A DNA stretch of 64,000 nt from Histomonas meleagridis 2922-C6/04-290x (taxonomy: Eukaryota; Protista; Parabasalia), in contig JAANOX010000126.1 in NCBI GenBank assembly GCA_020184695.1, positions 496,001-560,000 of the forward strand. The letters are read 5' to 3'. A program made the translations under genes and the position numbers. Within the stretch, counting starts at the first letter, position 1, and each line of letters starts with the position of its first letter. This document shows positions 1 through 10,500 of the stretch, one piece after another. The notes under the pieces are model-generated. The model saw nothing but the letters and a program-made list of their open reading frames with translations. It was not told the origin of the DNA and searched no databases.

Positions 1-3
1 AAT

Positions 4-1203
4 CTATTTGTTCCCTGGCGGCTGAAGTGGAAATGGATTATTCATAATTGTTATTCCTCTGATGTCAATATTGTGTACAGGTCTTCCATCAGGGAAAACT
101 TTTCCATTGCAAATTGATGAAACAATTCCACCACCGTTGACAACACCTCCAATTATATGGTATTCATCTATTTGAAGAGGTACGCAAGAAATTGCGAATT
201 GTGATGATTTTGTTATATGAATCTGTTGGTTTTCCTTATTTATGATATAAACAGGATATTGGAATCCACGTCTTGCGTCATCTCTCTCGTATGCGATTGG
301 TGATCTCCAAACAGTTTCATCAATATCCGTATTGATAGAAACTTCAAAAAATTGTTCTCTTCTAACCCTTGTCACTTTTACATTCGTAAATAAACCTTTC
401 AAAACACAACCGATGAAATTGATGCACCCCAAACCGGCGAAATCCACATCAAGCTCGATGGTGATCTCCCCAATCGTCGTATCCATTACAGCATATGGAC
501 GAGTTTTAATATGCATTTGCTTAAATATTGTGGCTTCATGAAGTGATTTTTGATTTGGTTGAGCAAGAAACCATGTAGATGTATCATCCTCTTTAAATAC
601 ATCTTCTTGTTTAAGGTTAAGAGCATTAACAAAATTATTTGCATTACGTACAATATCTGATTCATGTCGAGTTACTTGTGTTGATATTAATGGATTTGGT
701 GGAAGATTTCGAGAACGATTTGGATCATGAATAACAGTGATGCAACTTTGGTCGAATTCTTCTCCTGTTAGCAAATCAACCATCATATATGGTTTAATGT
801 TAAAATCTATGATTGTTTGATAGTCATATACGTTCGACGTTTTTCGATTAACAACAATAGTTCTTTTTGGCGTTAAAATGTTTTCAGTAATTGGATCAAT
901 TTTTTGTCCTTCTGCATTTAATGTAAATTTAATTGGAACTAACTCTTCAACAGAAAAAGGAGCATCTTCTACAAAAGGATGATTTTGGTGTTCTGAGCAC
1001 CAAACTGCTGCAGACTCTTTTGAAAAAGAGTAACCATGTTTGCATATATAAGGGTTTCTTAAAGGCAAATATGTCAAACAATCAATATCAAAATCAAAAG
1101 ATGTTGGATCATAGACTTTTGCACCTTTATCACTTTCTTGCCCAGCTGTAATGTCAACGTGGGAATAACGCACGCCATCAACCTTCCTTTTTCTTTTTCC
1201 CAT
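4..1203 (-). CDS. PPIL2: PPIL2/Cyp60-like protein: tandem U-box/RING-like N-terminus plus degenerate cyclophilin domain
   Basis: 399-aa ORF. N-terminal MGKRK, CLTYLPLRNPYIC..GYSF, DPIT..ILT....IVVN.KTSNVYDY and DLLTGEEF follow the PPIL2 pattern. YAVMDTTIGEITIEL...CINFI resembles the start of a cyclophilin fold. Confidence 0.75.
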   Translation of the reverse strand: MGKRKRKVDGVRYSHVDITAGQESDKGAKVYDPTSFDFDIDCLTYLPLRNPYICKHGYSFSKESAAVWCSEHQNHPFVEDAPFSVEELVPIKFTLNAEGQKIDPITENILTPKRTIVVNRKTSNVYDYQTIIDFNIKPYMMVDLLTGEEFDQSCITVIHDPNRSRNLPPNPLISTQVTRHESDIVRNANNFVNALNLKQEDVFKEDDTSTWFLAQPNQKSLHEATIFKQMHIKTRPYAVMDTTIGEITIELDVDFAGLGCINFIGCVLKGLFTNVKVTRVRREQFFEVSINTDIDETVWRSPIAYERDDARRGFQYPVYIINKENQQIHITKSSQFAISCVPLQIDEYHIIGGVVNGGGIVSSICNGKVFPDGRPVHNIDIRGITIMNNPFPLQPPGNK

Positions 1204-1244
1204 TTTGGGGATTAAGGTTAAAGTATGACATTTGATATGAAAAT

Positions 1245-2843
1245 ATGTTTGATATTTCAGATCACATTTCGGTAAAATATTCTGGCATTTTTATCAAAAA
1301 CTGGCTGTTGTTCATGAATCCTCGAAATGGCCATAAAATTCTTGGTATTGATCTTGGGACAACATTCAGCTCAGTTGGTTTATTTGAAGGTGGACAAGTT
1401 AGTGTTTTAACTAATAATTATGATAAAACATCAACACCATCTATTGTGGCCTTTAAAGGGAACGAAAAAATTGTTGGAGAAAGCGCGCGTTTACAATCAT
1501 TTCAAATGTTGTCCAATTGCGTGTATGATTCTAAACGTTTGATAGGACGAACATTTGAGAATAACACAATTCCCTCAAATTTGGGTCCATGGCCATTTAA
1601 AGTTATCTGTGAAGATGGTAAACCAATGTACGAAGTTCAATACAAAAATAAAACCAAACATTATTCACCAGAGAAAATATCTTCTTTTATACTCAAAGAA
1701 TTAAAGCAAATTGCCGAAGAATATTGCTCCACCACTATACTCGATGCCGTCATTACTGTACCAGCTGATTTTGACAGTAATCAGCGCGAAGCTACTCGTC
1801 AAGCTGGAAAACTTGCAGGGTTAAATGTTGTTCGTGTTGTCGAAGAACCAGTAGCCGCAGCCATTGCATATGGTTTAAACAAATATGAAGAACATGTCAA
1901 AATTCTCATATTTGATTTTGGTGGTGGTACACTTGATGTATCTCTTCTTGATGTATGTGGCAACAACTTCAAAGTTATTGCCACCGAAGGTAATTCTAAA
2001 CTTGGTGGTCAAGATATTGATAATAATCTCATGCAACACTTTGCCAAAATCTTTGCAGACAAATACGGATATAATCCCCTTGATGATCCACTTCATAATT
2101 CACGTGCTATTATCCAACTAAAAAGTTCATGTGAAAATGCAAAAATTGCACTTTCAAGGAGTTTTAACACATCAGTTAATTGTCCAAACTTTTGGCAAAA
2201 TCATGACTTAGTGTGCGAGGATTTTACGCGAGCAGATTTCGAAGATATCAATTATGATATATTCCAAAAAATTCTTGAACCAGTCCAAAAAATTCTTCAA
2301 AACAAGGGCCTCGCTAAGCATGAAATAGATAGTGTTGTGTTAGTTGGAGGTAGTTCTAAAATTCCGAAAATTAAAGAAATATTAAATGAATATTTCGGCA
2401 AAAATCCGCTTTGTAACATTGACCCATTCACAGCTGTTGTCAAAGGCGCTACGATTATTGCTAATGATATTTCTAAATCTGGACATAATATCATTAGATA
2501 TGAAAGTGTTATACCTCATAACATTGGTTTGCAAATCGCAGGTGGTAAAATGGACGTATTAATACCTAAAAATACGAAACTTCCAATTTCGATTCCAATA
2601 AGTTATACAACAAAAGAAAATGACCAACCTGAAGCAATGATTAGAGTATTTATGGGTGATAACGAATATACATGTTATAATAGTTTGTTATGGCAATACC
2701 TAATAGAAGGAATTAACTTTGAAAAACCTGTAATCGTGGTGGAGTTGGACGTGAGTTTGGACGGGATTTTGACAGTGAAAATTGACAGCGAAGATATCGG
2801 TCTGTCAAAAAGTGATACATTGGGAAAAGTGGCTCCAGTTTAA
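1245..2843 (+). CDS. Hsp70/DnaK-family protein, C-terminally short (no lid or EEVD); likely true ATG at 1314
   Basis: Motifs GIDLGTTFS, TPSIVAF, DAVITVPA, EEPVAAAIAYG, IFDFGGGTLDVSLL, GGQDID and VLVGGSSKIPKI, followed by a partial substrate-binding beta domain and then a stop. Confidence 0.92.
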   Translation: MFDISDHISVKYSGIFIKNWLLFMNPRNGHKILGIDLGTTFSSVGLFEGGQVSVLTNNYDKTSTPSIVAFKGNEKIVGESARLQSFQMLSNCVYDSKRLIGRTFENNTIPSNLGPWPFKVICEDGKPMYEVQYKNKTKHYSPEKISSFILKELKQIAEEYCSTTILDAVITVPADFDSNQREATRQAGKLAGLNVVRVVEEPVAAAIAYGLNKYEEHVKILIFDFGGGTLDVSLLDVCGNNFKVIATEGNSKLGGQDIDNNLMQHFAKIFADKYGYNPLDDPLHNSRAIIQLKSSCENAKIALSRSFNTSVNCPNFWQNHDLVCEDFTRADFEDINYDIFQKILEPVQKILQNKGLAKHEIDSVVLVGGSSKIPKIKEILNEYFGKNPLCNIDPFTAVVKGATIIANDISKSGHNIIRYESVIPHNIGLQIAGGKMDVLIPKNTKLPISIPISYTTKENDQPEAMIRVFMGDNEYTCYNSLLWQYLIEGINFEKPVIVVELDVSLDGILTVKIDSEDIGLSKSDTLGKVAPV

Positions 2844-3351
2844 TAAATAATTATTAGAATAATTTTTGAGGTGGTATATAAATTACAGAAATTGTTATTT
2901 TATTGTGATTTTCCTCTTATAGTCGCATCAATTTCATATAAATTCTTGAAAATGAATTCAAATTATAAATTTTAATGATAAATCATTTCATATTCCCTTT
3001 ATACAAAGATTTTCAATGTCACTTTATTTAACCTTATAGTATTTTCTTCATTTTATCTACTATCAAAGAATAATTAAAATAGAGTTTCTCCTATTTAATT
3101 TTATTAATTATTTTATATTTATTTTTTTTCTTAAATAAAGCTTTAAAAAATAATTAGAAGTAATAATGTTATATTAATATAATGAAATTTTTGATTTTTT
3201 GGTCATAAATGTAAATAAAATGCAAAGGCATTTGTACAATAAAATATTATTTTACAATTATATGTTAAAATTCCAATATTATAAAAACGAAACATTTTAT
3301 TTTTATTGCATTCATAAAAACATTATTAATATCGATTCTTTTATTTTTATT

Positions 3352-5487
3352 CTAAAGCGAATGAAGTAATTTGTTATATGAAGGGAATGGCCATGATTCT
3401 TCAGACATTATCATTTCGCACGCGTCGCATCTACTTCTTAACTGATTCATTGCTGGTAATATGACATCTCTTAAATATATTGCTTCATCTTTTAGCACTT
3501 TCGAATCATCCAATTTGGCTACTTTTCCTTCTAAATCTTCCAAATCTTCAATTAATTTATCGTATTTATCAGCAATTTCATTTAATGCACTTTCTAATTT
3601 CTTGCTTACTCTACCAGCCTTTTTCATCAAGTTTACATCCTTAGCGATTCGAGCGCATTCATCTTGAACGGCTGGAACTATTTCTCTTTGAACCATTTGT
3701 AATAAAACTTTTGCTTCAATTGAAACTGTCTTTACATACGAATCCATTTCTACTTCGTATCTAGACAAACATTCGTTTCGAGTTAATACATTATATTTTT
3801 CAAACAATTTAATGTTCTTTTCATCGCGATAAGCTTCAAGTGCATCAACAGTATTACTAATATTCGGTAAACCTCTTTTTGTAGCTTCTTCAATCCATTC
3901 TTTACTATAATTATTTCCATTGAATATAATTTTTCCATGTTCTTTAATTACGTCAACGATAATTTTATGTTTTTCTTTTTCAACATCAGAAGCATTTTCA
4001 AGTCTTTCAGCAAACAAACTAAATGAATCGGCTAAAATCGTATTAAGTATAGTATTAATTTGTGCAATTGATTGTGATGATCCAAGCATACGAAACTCAA
4101 ACTTATTACCTGTTAATGCCATTGGTGACGTACGATTTCGATCACTATCATCAACAGAAAGATTTGGTATTGCTGGTACTATTTTAACTACACCACTGTT
4201 ATTATGTTCGCCTTCTTCTGTTTGTAATCCATTAACTTGTTCTAATAATTGAGATGTTGTTTGCTGCCCTAAAAATATCGAAACAATTGCAGGTGGCGCT
4301 TCATATCCTCCAAGTCGATGATCATTTGATGGTGATGCTGCACCCATTCGTAATAAATCTGCATATAAATCTACAGAACGTATAAATGCACATATCGATA
4401 ACAAATATAATGAATCATCTTCAGATGGTAATTTTGGTTTAAATAAATTATAACCATTATCTGTAACAATGCTATAATTATTATGTTTGCCAGATCCATT
4501 TAAACCTGCAAATGGTTTCTCATGTAATAAACATGCTAAGTTTTGTTGCTTTGCAACTGTACGCATAAGTTCCATCATCATTTGATTATGATCTGATGCT
4601 ATATTAACACTTTCATAAACAGGGGCAAGTTCATGTTGCGATGGAGCAACTTCATTATGTTTAGTTTTTGCTGGAACTCCAAGTTCCCATAATTGTTGAT
4701 CTAAAGCTGACATGAATTTGGAGACTTGAATACGAATATGTGCCATATAATGATCACTAAGTTGTTGGCCTTTAATTGGAAGTGCTCCAAGTAATGTACG
4801 ACCACAAAGTTTAAGATCTGTTCTCTTGTTATATAAATCACGGTCAATTAAAAAATATTCTTGTTCAGCACCAACGCATGCCATAACACGCTTGGCACTA
4901 ACTTTAGGGAAAAATTTCAAGAAACGAAGACCTGCTGAGTTAAGTGCTTCACATGACTTTAAAAGCGGCACTTTTCGGTCAAGGGCTTCTCCATTATACG
5001 AAAAGAAAACAGATGGAATATAAAGAGTGCCATCACGTACAAAGGCTGGTGACGTGGGATCCCATGTAGTATAACCACGTGCTTCAAACGTGGCTCTAAG
5101 TCCACCAGATGGAAAAGATGACGCATCTGGTTCACCTCGAACTAAAGTGTTGGATGGAAAATCAAGCATTGCTTCACCAATTGATGAAGGAACAAAAAAT
5201 GCATCATGTTTACAAGCAGTGTTATTTGTCATGGGAAGAAACCAATGTGCGTAATGTGTAGCTCCTTGTTCAATAGCCCATTGCATCATGACTTTTGCAA
5301 CTTCTGGAGCTATAGAAACATCAAGTGGCATTCCATATTCAATTGTTTTGAGATAACTTTCGTAAATGCTTTTTGTTAATCTTTCACGAATAATAGCTTC
5401 TCTAAATGTTTTTGAACCATAAATTTTATATAACTCTGGACGGTAGTCCATCGAAGGACTTCTTTTAAATGTATCGAAGTAATTCAT
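3352..5487 (-). CDS. glnN: Glutamine synthetase type III (bacterial GlnN-like)
   Basis: 711 aa with GSIII signatures GATHYAHWFLP, GEPDASSFPSGGLRATFEARGYTTWDPTSPAF, GAEQEYFL, KHNEVAPSQHE, HEKPFAGLNGSGKHNN, HRLGGYEAPP and DRNRTSP....GNKFEFR. Confidence 0.95.
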   Translation of the reverse strand: MNYFDTFKRSPSMDYRPELYKIYGSKTFREAIIRERLTKSIYESYLKTIEYGMPLDVSIAPEVAKVMMQWAIEQGATHYAHWFLPMTNNTACKHDAFFVPSSIGEAMLDFPSNTLVRGEPDASSFPSGGLRATFEARGYTTWDPTSPAFVRDGTLYIPSVFFSYNGEALDRKVPLLKSCEALNSAGLRFLKFFPKVSAKRVMACVGAEQEYFLIDRDLYNKRTDLKLCGRTLLGALPIKGQQLSDHYMAHIRIQVSKFMSALDQQLWELGVPAKTKHNEVAPSQHELAPVYESVNIASDHNQMMMELMRTVAKQQNLACLLHEKPFAGLNGSGKHNNYSIVTDNGYNLFKPKLPSEDDSLYLLSICAFIRSVDLYADLLRMGAASPSNDHRLGGYEAPPAIVSIFLGQQTTSQLLEQVNGLQTEEGEHNNSGVVKIVPAIPNLSVDDSDRNRTSPMALTGNKFEFRMLGSSQSIAQINTILNTILADSFSLFAERLENASDVEKEKHKIIVDVIKEHGKIIFNGNNYSKEWIEEATKRGLPNISNTVDALEAYRDEKNIKLFEKYNVLTRNECLSRYEVEMDSYVKTVSIEAKVLLQMVQREIVPAVQDECARIAKDVNLMKKAGRVSKKLESALNEIADKYDKLIEDLEDLEGKVAKLDDSKVLKDEAIYLRDVILPAMNQLRSRCDACEMIMSEESWPFPSYNKLLHSL

Positions 5488-5639
5488 GAAGACAAATGAG
5501 GCAGATTGTGGCCAAACATTCCATTCAAATACTATTGAAAATAATCTGTTTTATTCAATTCATTGAGAACGTTCTCAAAAACTTAAAAGGCATAAAAATC
5601 AGGTTAGATAATTTTTCTGGATTTTGGACTCTTTTGAAG

Positions 5640-5852
5640 TCAGCACTTGGACATCCTAATTAAGTCATTTTGTGTTGTGTTCATGAGATGATCATCCTCT
5701 ATAAATTGAAGTTCAACAGGTTTGATGATTTCTCGACATCTCATTTCATGAATTTCCTTAGCATAAGGAAGGGGTGACCTACCTTTCTTAGGACTCCTTG
5801 GATCAAATAACATCATGAGGGTTTCTTCATCCATTTGTTCAAAGTTCGACAT
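5640..5852 (-). CDS. Small hypothetical protein (70 aa)
   Basis: ATG-initiated ORF with gene-like GC content, head-to-head with 5935..6240, and a TCACT Inr-like motif upstream on the minus strand. No recognisable domain. Confidence 0.5.
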   Translation of the reverse strand: MSNFEQMDEETLMMLFDPRSPKKGRSPLPYAKEIHEMRCREIIKPVELQFIEDDHLMNTTQNDLIRMSKC

Positions 5853-5934
5853 TTGTCTTTCTAAACGTACGGATTTTAACCATTCAAAAAGTGGTGCGAA
5901 AAGTGAACTTTGATCGATTCACATTTGCACTGCA

Positions 5935-6240
5935 ATGGATTTGATGGCACCTCTTCAAAGACAAACTGAATCAAGGGTAAAAGACCTTAAGAATCTCAGG
6001 AACGAAACGTTTGATGATTCAATTATGATGAGAAATGTACAAGATGATGTTGACTTGGCACAATTAGAAATGGATCTACAAAGAAATGATGAAGAAGAGT
6101 TCGAACTTGCAAACAGAGTGCCAGATGAAATAGTAGAGCAATATGAAATTCAAGAGATATTAGAATCTGCTGATAATGAACCTCCTGATGAATATGATGA
6201 CGACTTCCCTGAATTGCAATATGAAGAAGGGTGGATGTAA
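5935..6240 (+). CDS. Small acidic hypothetical protein (101 aa)
   Basis: ATG-initiated, strongly D/E-rich ORF with gene-like composition. No domain recognised. Confidence 0.6.
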   Translation: MDLMAPLQRQTESRVKDLKNLRNETFDDSIMMRNVQDDVDLAQLEMDLQRNDEEEFELANRVPDEIVEQYEIQEILESADNEPPDEYDDDFPELQYEEGWM

Positions 6241-6517
6241 CATCCTTTATAAATTTTTAATTGTATACAAAATAAAAAAAAGTCATAAATTTGTTTTTTT
6301 TTTAAATACTCACATCAATGAGATAGTATACTATTCATTTAGTTTAGAATACCTTTTAAAAATATTCCGAATTTTTTTTAACTCCCTTTCTCCACTTGAG
6401 TGTTCGCATGTTATGAAAACCTTATCTCCAGACGTTAAATTTTTGGCCAGATACACAAATATTGTGTGATGATTCAATTTTTTAATTAATCTGACAATAA
6501 ATCATTCAATATGATTT

Positions 6518-7489
6518 TTGGCCACTTGGCATATGCCTCTTTATCATTACCATCCTCCTAAGCCAACTGATGAGTCTTTATATCATCAAACAGCACCTCG
6601 AGAAACAACAATCGAAGAATTAAATGAGTATCGAAAACTTCCAACTTATACAACAAAACAAAAAATCATTCAAATAATATTGTTTATTCTTATCGGTATT
6701 CCCAAAATTATCGTTGTTGTTCCATATTCACTTGTTGCAGGCCTTTTCTTCTTATTACTTGCCACAATTTGGAGATCTTTAGGTCGTCCTGAAAGCTGGC
6801 GTGGCTATCTTAAAAAACTTTGGACTGTAATTGCACGTATTTTCTTATTTATTCTTGGCTTCCATCGTATTCGTTTCCATGGTACTCCAGATCCTGATGC
6901 TCGATTTATCGTTGGTAATCACACATGCTTTTTCGATGGATGGCTTTATCTTCCATTTGATGTTCGACCACTTGGTAAGAAAGAACTTCTTGACATTCCT
7001 CTTTTCCGCGAAATGAGCGATGTTTATCAAGGAATCCCAGTTGATCGCTCTCGATCCACTGGTCTTACCAAAGTCCTCATAGCGAATGCGCAAGACACCA
7101 AGAGTCCAAAAATCCTGATTCTTCCTGAAGGTGCATCTACATCTGGAGATTATATGCTTCGTTTCCATCTCGGTGCATTTCTATCCGATTTGCCTGTGCA
7201 GCCCACGTCCATTCGTTATACACTTTATGGAACGTCGAGAAGTATTTCTCACATCTCACATTTCCATCATACACCATATCAAATGATTGTTTTCCTTGGA
7301 ATTCCATCAATAACTATCGATATTAAACTAATGGATTCGGTATCTTTGAAAACAGAGGGACATAATGATCCAAGAGCATTTGCAGATAAAGTCGCTTTGA
7401 TGATTGCAAATGATTTGGGCGTTCCATTGCTTTCTTTGTCCTCAAATGCTTTGTTCAAGAAGACTGAAACAAAGCAAAAAACAGATTAG
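6518..7489 (+). CDS. Lysophospholipid/glycerolipid acyltransferase (PlsC/LPCAT-like); first ATG at 6533
   Basis: HX4D motif NHTCFFD, the V.VDRS motif, ILPEGASTSG and F.LGAF, with an N-terminal hydrophobic segment. Confidence 0.88.
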   Translation: MATWHMPLYHYHPPKPTDESLYHQTAPRETTIEELNEYRKLPTYTTKQKIIQIILFILIGIPKIIVVVPYSLVAGLFFLLLATIWRSLGRPESWRGYLKKLWTVIARIFLFILGFHRIRFHGTPDPDARFIVGNHTCFFDGWLYLPFDVRPLGKKELLDIPLFREMSDVYQGIPVDRSRSTGLTKVLIANAQDTKSPKILILPEGASTSGDYMLRFHLGAFLSDLPVQPTSIRYTLYGTSRSISHISHFHHTPYQMIVFLGIPSITIDIKLMDSVSLKTEGHNDPRAFADKVALMIANDLGVPLLSLSSNALFKKTETKQKTD

Positions 7490-7569
7490 AAAAAAAATGT
7501 TTTTGAAATTATTCAAATAGCAAATAAAAATAAACGAATTTTATTCATGTTTTCATATTATATTATAAT

Positions 7570-10500
7570 TTATGGGTTTAATAGTTCGTCTATTTTGTCT
7601 TCTTGTGAAGAATCATTGTTTCTTTTTCTTTTGATTAAAACTATGATGACGATAATTGAAATTACAATTACAACTGATACTGAAATTGATATTGCAATTA
7701 TTACACCTTTTGTTAATATGTTCTGCTTTTGATGTATGATTCGAACTATGTTTTTAAGTGCTTCATCAATTTCAATTTCACATTTTTGGAATATAATTAT
7801 TGTGATTGAGATATTATTAGTGATGTTTATGGTTTCTTTTTCTCCATTGATAATTCTCATTTTATCATTGGGTGAACGATTTGTTAAGAATGTAAATTTC
7901 ATTCCATCAAGAAATTGAACTTTTCGTGTTTCATTTGTTTTAGTGATAAGCTCAAGATAATTATTATATATTTTAATAATTGGAATTGGATCAGATGTAT
8001 CACTCATATTAATCACAGTTGCTTGCATAATTGATTCAGAATATGATTCAAAATCGGTAATAAGATTTTGAACATATAAATAATGATTATTTGATATAAA
8101 GCTTATATTTGTAATCTTTAAATAATTGAAAATAACATATTGTTGTATACTTTCGACATCATTTCCGAATTGAAGAATTAAATCTTTTGCGGTTAAATTA
8201 AGTACCAAATCAGTATGATTTATTAATGTAACTATTTGTTTTTGATTTTCTTTATTAAGTAATTCTAAATTAACATTGATTAATGACAAAAGAATTAATG
8301 ATAAGTAAGTAGAACAATCTATATAAAAAACTCTATTATTAACATAATCCATTAATCCATATAATGAATTTAAATCAGAATATATATTTTGGAATTCACA
8401 TTTATTTTTCGAGCATTTATTATCTTTACATAAACATAATGGCCCATCATGTGGCGCATTTAATGCACAAGTAATAAATTCAGTGTCATCTCTAAAATTA
8501 TTTGAAATCATGAAATAATGTTCCTTTTGAGAATCAACTTCTACAAATCCATTAAAATATTCTTTGGAAGTTATTGAATTGATTAATGTACCTTTTTCTG
8601 CTAATATTGGAATATAATTATCTGGTGATCCCATTTCCCAAATTACTGATCTTGTATTAACTTCTTTTAAACTAATTGTAGAGATAAGTAATTTATCATA
8701 TTGAGTTTGAGGTGAAATTTTAAAATATGTAAATGTATTCGCAGGAATTCTTATTATGAAATTTGATTTATAATTTGGAAATTCCATGAATTGAATATTG
8801 CAAAGTTGTCCAGAATATCCTTTATTACATTTCATTTTCCCATTTTTACAAATTCCATTAGTTAAAGGTATACAATCTAGTGTATTTTTCATTTCAATAT
8901 AAATTGGATTTAATTTAATATCATTTTGGGTAAATGGACCTACAGCTGTAACAACATATGGAGCATATCCTTCTCCTTCAATTTCAACATTTGAGATAAC
9001 ATGAATTTCATATTCTCCTTTTTCTAACTCTGATATTGGTACAATAACTTTTTCGTTCAATGTTAAATGTTCAGTATCTTGTGTACGATTATTTCCAATA
9101 TATATTTTTTTAGAAGGAGATATAACAACTAAATCTAAATCATATAAAATAGGAATTAAAGAATCAGGGTTAACAGCAATATCATGTGAACAAAGGACAA
9201 CTCTAAGTGGAACATTATTATTATTAATTTTAATACTTCCAACGTGATGGATTTCTTCTTTTCTCATTTTAATAAATTTTGTAAATCTTAACCCAAAATC
9301 AGTATCATTAAAAGGTAATACTTTTGATAAATCAATTAATCCATGACCAGAATAGCAATCAGGTGTTGAACTTCCATCTTCTCTTGAAGCTGAAGCAATT
9401 AAAATTGATTTCAAAAGCAATGAATTAACATTAACAGTTTCATTCAAGTAATATCCATCATAGAGATATTGTGATATGAGAGCAGCTGCACCTCCAGTAT
9501 TTGGAGCCGCCATAGATGTTCCATCCATATAAATTAAATGGTTCATATAATCTGAGTCATCTGATCCATGATCTCGAACAGGTATTGAATTGGACTTTGC
9601 ACTTTTTATGGCTGTTCCTGGTGCCATTATATCTGGCTTGATAATTCCAAGATATGATGGACCACATGAAGAGTAACTTGATTTTGAAACATTGTGAAGT
9701 GGCTTCATAGAATGTGGGAAATTTTTTATAAGATTTAGTTTTTTACCTATCATTTCTTTAAGTGCATCATCTTGATATGTATGAACATACAATTCACTGT
9801 TTTGTTTTTTAATAAAATCATTTTCGAATTCTTGATAAGTATCAAATGAGAAATCATAAAATATCATTTGTATTTGGTAGTTAATTGCCTGTAATTTTAA
9901 AAGATTCGTGAATTTTTCATGTTCACTGTAAAATAAATTAATTGCTTCAGTTCCTAATATTAAATATTTTGAAGTTTGAGCTTTTTGTGTGAAATCATTT
10001 ATGTCTGAAAGATGAAATTCTTTTAAATCAAGTATTTTTGATTCGATCAAACCAGTGGAATTGGTATAAATAGGAATTTCTTTGATGCCATCAGTGACAA
10101 GTAATTGATAATAAAAAAGTATGTCTGCTGCTCCTATTGATAATATGTTTTTTGCTGATGATGGACAACTAATTGAATAAGAATCAATTTTTTCTGCTTC
10201 ATTACCAGCAGCAAAACCAAACAAAATTTTTTCACCAATTGTATCACTATATATTAAATTATCATAGTATCTGTTATCATAACTTGAATATATTTCATCT
10301 TTACCCCAGGAATTTGAAAAAACATGTAAATTAGGAGTATTAAATAGTGATGTTATTAATGCATTATAATATGGATCCTCAATATTATTTTCAAAATCGG
10401 TAATTCCTCCAAGATATAATAGTTTGGATTCTGGTGCAACACCATTGAATGAACTTATTTTACTATTTGGATTAGAAGCACAACCTGCTATTGTTCCAGC

